Below are positions 52,129 through 64,000 of a stretch of 64,000 nucleotides of DNA, piece by piece. This DNA is from the human T2T-CHM13v2.0 reference genome, Homo sapiens. The notes below the pieces were generated by a model. The model was given only the letters and a program-made list of their open reading frames with translations. It did no database searches and was not told where the DNA came from. The stretch is from assembly GCF_009914755.1 (NCBI RefSeq), contig NC_060929.1; one strand, given 5' to 3'. Both the position numbers and the translations under genes were made by a program. The stretch's first letter is position 1. Every line of letters starts with the position of its first letter.

Positions 52129-55100
52129 AATCTAAGAAATACCCAAATATACACATCACTGTGTAAGGGATAAATGGTTCCTCTTGAAGCTTTTTTTTTT
52201 CTTTTTTCACCTGAAGAAATGATATTGAAATGGATAAGACTTATGAAAGAACATACTGATGGACATAATGAAAGATGCTTCACAAAAACATGTCTCACAT
52301 ATATATTTGCATTAAAGTCAAGTGGGTTATGTTGGTAAAAGAATAGTATCGACTGTTAATATATTAGGCTTTAGGAAAATTTGGATTAATACCTCTTAAA
52401 TAGTCAAGATTTCTGGAGGAGCAGTGTTTCAGGAAAAAAGGAAGGATTTCTAGATACAGGGAAAAAAACAGATTTCTAGATATTAGGGAGTTGAGAAATA
52501 GAATATAATGAAACTTTGCCTAAATAAATTCTTTCTTAGTAATTCAATTGTAAGAAAGATGAATTGCAGTTAATTTAGTATATAAAAAAATTTGAATGCA
52601 TATATTATTTTCTTAGAATTACAATCACAGGAAGGACAATCTATCAAAAGATATTTTTTAAAAATCATAAATTTACAAAAAGATTCCATGACTTCAGCAA
52701 AATCTTTGGGAAATGCTCACTTTTCTCTCATGTCAATGAATCAATTGTTGAATTGCTGAATCAAGAGACACATCTCTATACTTAAAACATTTCAAATGGA
52801 AAGAATAGTACTGAAGTTTAACTTAAAGAAATCATCCTGTACTAAGCAAATAATTCTTCCTGATATCTTCCTAACATCGTTCAAATGTACTTTTGTAAAT
52901 TATACTCTTCCTGGAACTATTAAAATAATCTACTAATTCTGATTCTAGTTACAGCTGTCACTTAATCTATTCCTGATAAATTGTCACACTTGTAACTTTG
53001 TTCTTTTTCTCAGTTTAAAATTGCACAATGTTAGTGAAATGTTTAGACAAGTAACCTTATGAAGGAAGAAGTGTAGGTTAAAATAAATGTAACATTATAT
53101 AATTGTGTGTTGTCTCTGCAAATAGTTTAAAAATAAAAGAGAATAAAATTACTCATTTGACATTTCAAAGCATTGAAATAAGCCTTGATCATACCTATAG
53201 TTATCACGAACTCCCACGATCTACCTAGGAAAAAAATCTTTACCTAATAGTTGGAAATCATCATTAATAGTTAAACAGCTTTAGTTGCTTTTTTTTTGAA
53301 GCACTTTTTTCTCTCTTACATTTTTCTTTTCTGTTGAAACATAATTTTATGATTCTCATAATTAGTACACAGATCTACCAAGTTTAGAATATATGTTACA
53401 TAAGATATGCTAAAACTGGGAGAACTGTTATGTATACAAATGCTATAAATATTTGCATACATGGAAAAGCCTTTATTTTCCCAAATATTTAAAACATTTG
53501 GATAACTGGCACATATGAATTAAAAATTAGAATTTGGATCTAAATTTTTTAGTCTTCATACAGTTGATTTTCCTCCAATGTACATAGATCATATTTGGTT
53601 TTTCTTTGGCTGTCCTTTTGATTATAGTAGCACTGTATTATATATAATATTAATGTTTCATATATACCTAAAATATTCTGGGTCCTCTTCCTTCTGAACT
53701 GCAACAAGCAACTCAGAGATTTCTGAATATAATGTATAATGTGGCTTAAAAGCCTTAACACCTCCCTCTTCTTTGAGGTGGGTATTTATTAATGCGGTTT
53801 CACCTAGTGACAGTTGCATATCTATAGTGTCTGCATACCAGCATCAGCACTCCGCAGCTGTACCATGTGTGGTTTGCATTCAGAGAGAATTGGCCTCTGA
53901 GTGTCAGAGGGAATGTATTGAAAAGTGCCCTCCATATCCTTGTTGGTAGTGATAATAAATGAGGACCATAATTAAATGCAGTCAAAGAGTTAAAACTAGA
54001 AATCAAATACGTTTTAGTTTTCCTGTGATACAATACAATCACTATTACTGCTTAAAAATAATAATTTAAATTGTTTCCTCATTTGATTTATTATTCTCTA
54101 TATAGAGGGATTCCTTTGTATATTTTTGAAAATCTGAAGAGAAAGTTGGAATAGAAACATCTGGATCACACCACAGAATTTTAGAAACTATAAGTGGATT
54201 ATGTCAGAGAGTCTCAGGACAGAATAGTTAGCAAAGTCAGCATGTTTCATCCTACTGTTACTCCTGGTCAAAGGGATAAGCTGTAGGAGAGTCACAAATT
54301 TGATAGGTAAAAACACCCATTCAGAAATCATCCCTCTGGTGCTACTTCCTGGGTTCTTCATACTTTCACAGAGCAGCACTTCTTCATTTGAAATATAGTA
54401 TAACACAAACATCTCATTAGGTCCCATTATTCCTGATGTATTTAGTTCTTCTGCATCATCAAATTGAGCTGGTTGTCATTTTCAATGTGTGAAAGTTAAA
54501 CTGCCTCAGTAGAAAAGACACACACCCTGAAGTGGGTAGCAGGAAAGACTAAAAAAAAATACAGCCACATATTTTTCAGAAAACAAAATCATTCTGGAAT
54601 GAGATATGAGTAATAATGACATGGAATAATGGTACTTTAGGAGTAAAATATGAATTGAGCCTAGTCAGGTAACAGAGGCGTTTAGCAAGCTTATTTGGAA
54701 GTTCAATATGACATTGCTGGTTGAGGATGATTTTTTTTTCTGAGGTTGATCTTGTTTATAGATCCATATTTTGATGAGATGTGTTAGAAATACTGAATAT
54801 TTTTATTTTGATGTATTTAAACAGTAGTAAAAGTTATTGATTTGTGGGTAATTTTACTAATGGAAGATTTCATAAATTAATGTAATATGCCCAACACTAG
54901 GAGACATTATTATAATTTAAGAATGCAGTACCATTTATTTTAATATTTCACTTCTGAAAATGAATGTTTTGTTATACTTTTCTAAAATTCTTTGGAGAAA
55001 AAGGTAATTTTTTTTGGCTTACAGTTTCATAGAGTATAATTTTTAAATTAAGTGTTTCTGTTTTGTTTTATCTGGTTACATACGTGATGATTTGTATAAT

Positions 55101-55845
55101 CTCCCTCAATCTTACATTCTTACAATAATCGTGCAAAAATCCAAATTGGGTTAAAGACAGAAATTCCAAATTTTCTAATATGCTCACACTTGGTGCCATC
55201 CTGACATTAAAATATCTGACCAAAATTCCCATTCACTATACAATAAATTCATTCTCCCTCAAAGTATATTCTGAATGTAAAAATGAAAATAGACGTTTAT
55301 ATGCAGTCTGAGCTAGAAAAAGGTGCTGATACTGTAATTAATATTGTACCGTAATATCTTTTTAATCTATCATGCTGCCTTTTGCCCTTTATGTTATGTC
55401 AGAAAGGAGTGTAATGAATGAGTGTGTCTGTGAGTATCAGCTTGAATTTGGTGAAAACCGCAGCAACATGACATTTCATGTGATTAAGCCAGATATAGAT
55501 TCAAGTGTATTAGCTTTCACACAATCGAATGTAAAACCAATGATGATAAAACTTCAAATATTTTTTAAATGATGATTTCCCGAATTTATTTTAAAGCTCA
55601 ATTTGCATAAAGCCATTTTATTATATTTAAGAAATAACAGGATTCCCTGACTTTGTAATGTTTCCTAGAAAGGTAACTCACAACAGTAAAACATCAGAAT
55701 ATTCAGCATTTTAGGTGAAGAATGAAAGATTTATTACTAAGTCAGAAAAGAATTGGCGTAAATCTGACTTGAAACAGCTGTTTAGGGGATTAGTGGGAGT
55801 GTCTTTTCAAGTCCTGAGAAGAATAATTTTTCTTCCTTTTTTATA

Positions 55846-55861
55846 CCAGAAGGGGGCAGTA
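55846..55861 (+). promoter_or_regulatory. Candidate CTCF site
   Basis: CCAGAAGGGGGCAGTA, close to the CCASYAGRKGGCRSY core, in AT-rich surroundings. Confidence 0.5.
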
Positions 55862-56160
55862 GTGGTCCATTTTTAATAACAGCTAGCGTTTCTTTTGTTA
55901 TATGACATTTGATAATAAATAAATATCACTTTCTATTTAATGTTGAGGCATTTGTACAAAAAATTAAGATTGTAAGTATCTATTGTTAGGTTAAAAGTTA
56001 AATAATTAAAAGTTTTTATGCAAATATAATCTTATGTCTCTTTTCATCTAAGCATGTAGCTCAAAATTAAGATGTCCTGCTGTAGCTAAACTAGAGCACC
56101 AGTTCTTATTGCTTAATGTTCATGCTAATAATGATAGTTATAGAATAGATTAATTCTATA

Positions 56161-56181
56161 ACACACACACACACACACACA
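56161..56181. repeat. (AC)n
   Basis: Seen directly. Confidence 0.9.
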
Positions 56182-57574
56182 ATTTCAGTGAACTATAGTT
56201 TAGTCTCTCACCACTCACCAAGCTGGAGTCAGCACCCACAATAAAAGTGCTTTACAATTTATATAGCTTGTCATATTAGTATTTATTTCCAATATTAATT
56301 GTGGCTTAAAATAAATTAATATAATACATTATCTCGTAATTTCCAGGTTGATTAAACGAGTGGTGCATATGCACACTTAATGGGATGGTTGCATTTTACA
56401 TCTCTCCAGATCTCCATTAAAAGATAAGCTGCAAATACAGTGGTTATTCTGCTCATTGGCTGACATCTCTCTATGTCCAGATCATCTGCTTAGAACAAAT
56501 GTGGCCGGACAATGCGGTATTCTAATTCCACAAATTGAGTAATTGAAGAATTTCAGAGATGCAACAAGGATGGAATTACTGTCCTCGTTCTAGGTTTAGA
56601 AGGCAGGCATGCAAGTACCTAGAGAAAGAGAACAGATGAAAGCTGGCAGCCTCTTCATTTACAGACAGCACAATTTTCTGAATTTAGCAAGACTCTTCTT
56701 TTCCCCCAGAACGCTCTATGTAAGTGTTAAGATGTTGAGACATGCATTATGTTTTACATTTTCGTTAAGTTTTGCAGAAAATCATATGGCTAAGTAGTAC
56801 TTGTATTATAATGGAAAAAGGTGTGAGGAAAAACCCTCCAAAAATGAAATCCACTTGTCAGTTTGAATTTGACATGTTTTATTACATAGTAAAACCTGTC
56901 AGCTAAAATTTTAGAGATTTACACCTAAGTTGTGACTGAAAACAGGTAAATGTCCTTTCAAAACAGGTATTTTGAATACATAAATGAAAATTTTGGTAGT
57001 TGTGCGCATGTAGAGTTATCTATTTTGCTTGCAAAGTGAATTTAAAATTTTTAAGAAGTGTTTCTGGTATTTTAAAATAGCTAAGAATAACTTATGAGAA
57101 TGAGAACTTAGGAAACCTGCTTTTTAACAAAAGTCTACAGGATTATATTTGAATTTTGCACAGACAGTCAACTCACAATGTCATTAGTACATATTAAAGA
57201 GCACACCTTTCCTAGATTTCATAATGCAATTTAAAATACTTATTTGATGATGAAAAAATTTTAAGAATATATTTATATTTGATTGATATTAATGATAAAT
57301 AAAACATTATCCCCAACAGTTAAAATGTTGTATAGATATTAAAAGTAATTAATTCAACACGGAATTTTTTTCCATTAGAAGATTCAGTTTTTCCTTTAAA
57401 GCTGAAGGTATTGTGCTGAGATTCTGAAACTCTGCAGCTCAGTCTGGAATTATTTTTTTCTAGAAAAAATGTGGTGAGCAGAGGATTTTCTTGCTATATT
57501 AGGACCTCCCAAGTTTCTTTCGGATCTGTAATTTTAAAAGGTTGTCATTACTTTGCTTTCTCTTGCATCCTCAA

Positions 57575-57771
57575 TGTGTGTGTGTGTGTGTGTATGAGAG
57601 AGAGAGACAGAAAGAGTGAGAGATGGGGAGGGGGAAGAGGGGAAAGAAGGACAAAAAAGGAAGGAAAAAAGGAAGAAAAGAAGCATAAAATAGGAAAGAA
57701 AGAAGGATAAGAGGAAGGAAAGAAAAAAGTGGGAATGTCAGAAGGAAGAAGAGAATAAAAGAGGAGAAAAA
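57575..57771. repeat. (TG)n-(GA)n followed by a ~170-bp purine-rich tract
   Basis: Seen directly. Confidence 0.9.
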
Positions 57772-58734
57772 TAATGTCTTGGAGAGGTCTATACACTTTG
57801 ACGGATTGACATTGCTAGTTTTTTGGTTCTAGCTTAGGAATAGTGTGATCCTGGCAGCAGCTTTAAGATAGCACATCTCAACTTTCAGAACAACATGATT
57901 TAAAGAAACTGTGTGACTCAGAGGATAGTTTTGGCATTGAGTTTGTGAGAAAAGGAGACTTTGCTTTTGTATTGCTCTTCAAATATAAGAGAAAATTCTG
58001 TTTCTGCCAACATAGATAAAAAAGCTATCCAATTATTACAACGCCAGCTTTCTCTTTACAAATATCAAGTGTAATTAAAGCAAAGAGCTAAATATTATAG
58101 AGAAAATAAGATGGAAAATGTTGGCTGTTGGAAATTGGCTTGGTATGGGCTTTGTGGATGGATGGCATTTACTAAATTGTACCAACCCTGCTTTATGTTT
58201 TTAGACAGCATTAAAGGATGAATTGTTGATTTGCCTGTTCTTTAACATGTATCACCTGCTCGAATATTTTTCCCACCTGATAATTTTTCATCAGCCTCTT
58301 CTACAGCCAGGCGTATTTTGGCTGTGAATAGTTATAGACAAAAAGTTTTCTGTCTTATGTTATACATGTGTGTGCCTCTGTCTGTGTGTGTATGTGTGTA
58401 ACCATTATTTCTTATAGGCCTATTCTATACTTTTCTGACCTTTACCTAAAGGACTGTGGCTAATCTGTGTGTGTGTGTGTGTTTTACTGGCATTTTGCTA
58501 TTACTTAAATTTCTCTGTTTTCCTTTAATGCCTACCTAAATATTTTCTCATCTTACCCTTAAGCAAAATGTCAAATTCTTGGCAGACAAAACATTGCATT
58601 TTCTTGAATAAAAGGAAGGCAATATCCATTTCAGCACTTTGTCTATCTATTTAACTAGCACTGTGCATCTTTTAGGCCCTCTGTAAATACTGAGCATCCA
58701 CCTGAAATATTACGTTAGCCAACAACAGCAGAGA

Positions 58735-58769
58735 CTGTGTGTCTCTGTGTGTGTGTGTGTGTGTGTGTA
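58735..58769. repeat. (TG)n
   Basis: Seen directly. Confidence 0.9.
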
Positions 58770-58869
58770 TGCTGATTAGCAGTTGTGATTATGTTTTCTT
58801 TTCTTACCATCTTCTAGATGGTGCCTCTACTTTTTTATACTTCTAAGTACCTAATAAGAAAGTGGAATT

Positions 58870-59111
58870 AGAGAGGAATTTGAAGATGCTACACTGTTGG
58901 CTTGAGGATGGAGGAAAGGACACCCAGCCAGGGGATGAGGAGGCCTCTAGAAGCTGGACAAGGCCAAGAAACAGATTATTCTCAGAGTCTCCTGAGGGAA
59001 TGCAACCCTGTGGACCCATTTTAGATTCTGAGCTCCAGAACGGTCATATGTTTGTGTTGCTTTAAGCCATCAGGTTTGCTGTAATTTGTTAGAACAGTGA
59101 TAGGAAACACA
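58870..59111 (+). mobile_element. MLT1D LTR, 3' half
   Basis: tttgaagatgctacactg...ggcctctagaagctgga..aggc.aagaaacagatt...tttgtgttgctttaagcca...gtaatttgtta...ataggaaac. Confidence 0.85.
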
Positions 59112-59358
59112 GCCCTCTCTGACCTCTGCTTCTGTGCTTACATCTCTCTCTGACTCTGGCACTCCTGCCTCCCTCTTACAAGGATCTTCAGGACTACATG
59201 GCTCCCCCGAATCTCAGGTCATCCAGGATCATTCTCTATCTCAAGATCCTTAACTCAATCCCATCTGCAAAGTCCCTTTTGCCATGTAAGGTACTATGTT
59301 CACAGGTTCCAGGGACTAGGACATGAGTGTTTTGGGGGACATTGGTCTGCCTACCACA
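59112..59358 (-). mobile_element. MLT1D LTR, 5' half
   Basis: ctctgacctctgcttc...cctgcctccctctta...atctgcaaagtcccttttgccatgtaagg...tctgcctaccaca. Confidence 0.85.
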
Positions 59359-60087
59359 GACACCTCCCAGGTTGTAAAACACATCAGCAGCAGATTCTCA
59401 AGCTTGGCTCTAGGAGCAGCACTAGAGCAACAGGAGGTCGCCACTAGTCTGAGGGACCCCAGGCCTACCCGCGGCTGCTGCAGAGCTCTGTACCTCAGCA
59501 GGTGTCCATGCTTGGAGGGGAGTTTGGCCACCTGCTCTATGAGACACAGTGCTCCAGATCACTGTGTAGGCTTCTCAGTTGTCTGCAAGAACCAACTAAT
59601 GGATAGAGTTTTCTCCGGACAAAGTTTTAAATTTCATATTTCCTGAAATCTTTGAGGCTTGTTTTGCTGCTACTTCTTTTTGGCGAATGACAAAAAGAAT
59701 GGTTTGTACTTAATAAACAGGAACTGAAGAAATTAAAAAAGAGCTGTGGTATGTGTGACATGATCCCTGTTCTTGCAAGGCATTTATATATCTAGCAATA
59801 TCCTGAGTTATTCGGGCTTGGGGAGATGCTTGGAGTGCTGTACAGTGAATGTCAATGATATCTGGTGATGGAATCATTTGAGGCTTTCTTCTTTGTATTT
59901 TTCTTTTTGAGTATAGTTTAGAAAAAGCATGTATCTTTTGTAGAAACAATAAAATTATTATTTAAAAAATGGAATTATGCAATCACTGAAAATTGTGTCA
60001 AACTACATATATGTACTGAAATGAAAACTGTCTAAGTTACATAGATTGAATTAAAAAGAAAAAATGTCATGGACAGTATATGCAGTA

Positions 60088-60259
60088 CAGTAGTCCCCCC
60101 TTATCCAAGGAGGATACATTCCAAGACCCCCTGTGGGTACCTAAAACTGTGGATAGTACCAACCCTATATATATTATGTTTTATGATCTGATAGATAACT
60201 GAGACCATCACATATATAGTCTATCAATGACCAAAATATTGTTATGGGGTGCATGACTC
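60088..60259. mobile_element. MER8 left part fused to a Tigger3/MER7-type terminus
   Basis: ta|cagtagtccccccttatcc...ttccaagacccc...ggatagtacc (MER8); ...tgaccaaaatattgttatggggtgcatgactc|ta (Tigger3 TIR, antisense). Confidence 0.7.
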
Positions 60260-61399
60260 TACTTCCTCTTCCTCCATTTCTTATTACTCTGTGGTCATAA
60301 AATCAGATAAATCATGAATGATTCAACTAGATGTTATTTTACATCTATAGGAATTATATTGTTTTATCAGACAAAAAGGAATTGAGAATAAAATAGTAAT
60401 AATAATTTATTAGAAAAACATGCTATTTTTACAGTTTTTAAAGTAAATATAATAATAATTAAATATGAACTTAATTTTTCAAGGTAATTTTATATAAATT
60501 TACATAACTAGAATTAAATATTTGCCTGTGTCTGAATATTAATACATAAGTCATAATATTCCTACAGTAGATGCTTAAGACATTATTTCCATTAAATGGG
60601 AATAAAAAGATGAATATGATTATTTTTAAAATGTATTAATACTAGGATGAAACCAAGTAATAACAACATATAATTATATTGATAGGGCTTACAGAGGTAG
60701 CAATAGATAGTTTATTTACAATTTTGTGCATAAGAACAAAATGAGGTTTTGGAAAATTGTCTTGGCCAACAATTTTTTGTTCACATGCTTTAAAATTTAT
60801 TGTGTAAAACTAGCCATATTTGATTTCTCAAAAGTGTCTTTAAAATGTATTTATGCTAAATGCTTCTATTATTGAGTCTTCTTCTATTTGCCCTCATAAC
60901 CTCCCATTCCCACTCAAAAAGCATCCACAAAATAAACCCCCAAAATTGCTGAGAGGCAGTATCCCTTGTCTGGACTCATTTTCACTTAGGAAATGGTAAC
61001 CAACTCATTGTTTTCTGTTTCAGAATTTCTTACAAAGATACATTCATTGTGTAAATTGTTGCTTCATGATTTTTGAACCTGAGACAAAAAGCAACTTTCA
61101 ATTCTTGATTATAGCTTCTCAAAATATACAGTGTAATTAAGTGTTGAAAGAGCAATTATATTGTAAGTCCTTGTTTCACACCCAAACTTTCTCTTGCTTT
61201 TAACTTTTGGAATTTTAGTCGCATTTTCAGAACAAAGGTGAACATTTTGGGAAACAGTGATAAATAAAGGGCAGATGTGTTACAATCATTTTAATGCATA
61301 TGAGACTGTTTCAGTCACATTATATTTGCTTTCCACATCAAAAAAAAGTCTCAGTCTCACTCCTAACGTCTCAAGCATTCTCTGTTTATCTAAAAAGTT

Positions 61400-61582
61400 T
61401 CCCTTCGCCCAAACCTTCCCCCATACCCCCTGTATCAGTGTATACAGGTTATTTCCTTATATGCACTGTCATACATTATTTGACTGCCTACTTAGTCTAC
61501 GTTCGTCCCCTTGGAGAATTAGCTCTGTTCCGACACACAATAGACATTCAAAATATATGCGTTGAATGACTAAATGAGTGAA
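61400..61582 (+). mobile_element. L2 3' end
   Basis: acacaatagacattcaaaatatatgcgttgaatgactaaatgagtgaat. Confidence 0.5.
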
Positions 61583-61969
61583 TAAATTAATTACTCTATT
61601 TCAGACTTAAAAAAATTAGGGTAGACACAAAACAAATTAGAGCATTTGACAATGGTTTTCAAATAAAAAATGTATCAACCACAGACAGGCCAAATATTTT
61701 TCTCAATTTCTTTTGTTTCAAAAATATTTGGGGCAAAGGTTATTTTGAAATACCCTAAAAATTAAAGCATATTTTTCAGACTCCACCTTAGATTTCAAAT
61801 GTGGCAAATTACTTTCTAGTTGCTTTTTCCCGTGTTAAATGACATGTATTTCTGTCTAATTATGGTCAGTTGTTGTGGTGGTTCTGAGGAAATAATTTGA
61901 ACTGAAGCCACAGTTCAAACTGGATATTTGTTGTAAACATATTTTAACAAAATATTTGCCCTGACCAGT

Positions 61970-62080
61970 CACCCCTTGATAATTAAGTTCCTTCAGGGCT
62001 GGGACTTGGTCTGTTTTATTCATTGCTGTGTTTCAACTCCTACAACAGATCACATGGTAAGTTCTCAAAAACTGAATTAA
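61970..62080 (+). mobile_element. L2 3' end
   Basis: taagttccttcagggctgggacttggtctgttttattcattgctgtgt...cacatggtaagttctcaa. Confidence 0.6.
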
Positions 62081-62748
62081 TACTTAATGATTAGATTAAT
62101 ACTTACAATGGAATGAGTGCTTACTGACTGAATTCATAGACAGCAGTTCCATGGGTGCCAGTGGAACAGTAATCAGGACAAGAATGCCAGAACTGGGCAA
62201 TATACTGAGATAGTTTTAAGAGAACAGACTCTAGACAGGCAATAGAAGAGTGGAAGTGTATATAATTGCCAAGATCAGGAAGAACTGGGAGAGCAGAAAC
62301 CTAGGTTGATAAGTAAGAAGTCAAAGTTTGACAGTTGTGGTCTGGATAGGTAAATGTCTGAATTCCAGGAGATAGAGAGGTCTGGTTTGGAACAAGCAAC
62401 TAGAAGAAAATAATATAAACTTGACTGAAATACTCTGTTTTAGTGAACAGCCTTACACCTGTTATATGCCAAGGGCATGGACAATTAAGTTGACAGATGT
62501 CTGTGGATAAAATAAGGGATCTGGTCAAGAACAAGTAAAAAAGCAATTCTTGTAGGTGGGTTTCAGCACAGTGACTGTATTTATGTAAAGATGACTCAAT
62601 GATTGGCGGAAGCATATCGTGAAAGATAGAAATTATCGGGTTGTTTCTGACACTGATACACTTATACTAATGCTGCTTATGCTTTCTTGCATTCCCTGGT
62701 AGTCCCTTACAGTGAATAGTTGTAAACATAATCATAAAATCACTCAGA

Positions 62749-63041
<293 letters not shown>

Positions 63042-63246
63042 TCAGAATTGTTAAAAGACTCTCAGGTCAATAAAAGTGCATGTTAGAATGCCTAAGTACT
63101 TTTCTTATCTTTTTGCGCTCACTGGGAGAGGAGAGAGGGATAGGAAAGATGGCTTGTGCTGTGAGAAAAGTGGAGATCATAGAGAAGAGGGACTGATGGT
63201 TGCCCAGCTGAGGTGGACAGACTCAGCATCAAAAGAATGGTAGTTC

Positions 63247-63948
63247 TGTTAGAGTAGGTAGTTAGGCAGACATGAGCAGTGCAGGAGAGGCCACTCCTTC
63301 CCAACCAGGAATGTCAGGTAATCATCAGATGATGGTTAGGTGGTTGTTATACTATCTAAAATAATAACTGGTTGCAGTCAGCGCCAGGGAAAGTCCATCT
63401 CCCGATAGAAAACACCTGAAACTTGTAATCAGCACTTCCCAATAAGATCTCAGAAGCTGGGCGAGTTGGCTCAAGCACGTGGAGTAAGAGGCAAAATGGC
63501 ACAGTTTAACAGGTATATGACCTTCCTCTAGGAACACTCGACTGGTAAGGGTAAAACGCCGCAAGTGAGAATGCATACAACTTCAGAAAACACACTGTGC
63601 ATGTAGCCCCTCCCAAGTGTTGGCAGGTCACTGCACATGCAGACAGCCCATCCCAGGGGAGAATCGGGGGAGAAAAAACAAAATACCCGGAAGCATGCCA
63701 ATGTATAAAACCCCATGTCAAAGGTCAAACCATGCACTTGGATCTGTCAAGTCACTCATTTGGCCCTCTTCCAAGTATATTTTGCTTTCTTTAGTTCCTG
63801 CTCTAAAATCGTTAATAAACTTTTACTCCTGCTCTAAAACTTTCTTCTGTCTCCCGCTCTGCCTTATGCCCCCTTGGTCGAATTCTTTCTTATGAGAAGG
63901 CAAGAATTGAGGTTGGTGCAGATCCGTATGAATTTGCCACTGCTAACA
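63247..63948 (+). mobile_element. MER50 solo LTR
   Basis: tgttagagtagg...agacatgagcag...tataaaacccc...aataaac...gctaaca; TSD gttc/cttc. Confidence 0.85.
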
Positions 63949-64000
63949 CTTCCCTGCTCAAATCCCCTCTGCCCACCCAAGAAATCACCTGCAGACAGGT

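Noticed and set aside
52104-52298. Poly-Met ORF
   Set aside because: Translation of the (ATC)n microsatellite.
59323-59646. 107-aa ORF in a GC-richer patch
   Set aside because: Starts inside the MLT1D LTR; length is unremarkable at this GC content; no recognisable domain.

Overview
AT-rich, CpG-poor primate (human-like) DNA, probably intergenic or intronic, with roughly half the window made of recognisable interspersed repeats. These include Alu, old and young L1, L2/MIR, about ten MaLR/ERVL solo LTRs, a 3'-truncated MER57 provirus, a MER50 solo LTR and DNA-transposon fossils. I recognise no protein-coding gene, RNA gene or CRISPR-like array, and I cannot support a new multi-gene system. The most informative signals are structural: a perfect 52-bp inverted templated copy sealing a deletion that truncates the provirus (2766-2817 vs 8745-8796), an older ~110-bp inverted duplication of an L1 junction (32069-32177 vs 32646-32762), an MLT1D LTR with its 3' half inverted, and a twin-primed mini-L1. 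There is also an orphan 163-codon ATG ORF in unique sequence (24287-24778), candidate plus-strand spliced exons, and motif-dense unique blocks (RFX+PBX/MEIS+octamer; CTCF). Repeat subfamily names come from recalled consensus sequences and need RepeatMasker/Dfam confirmation; boundaries without a TSD are approximate.
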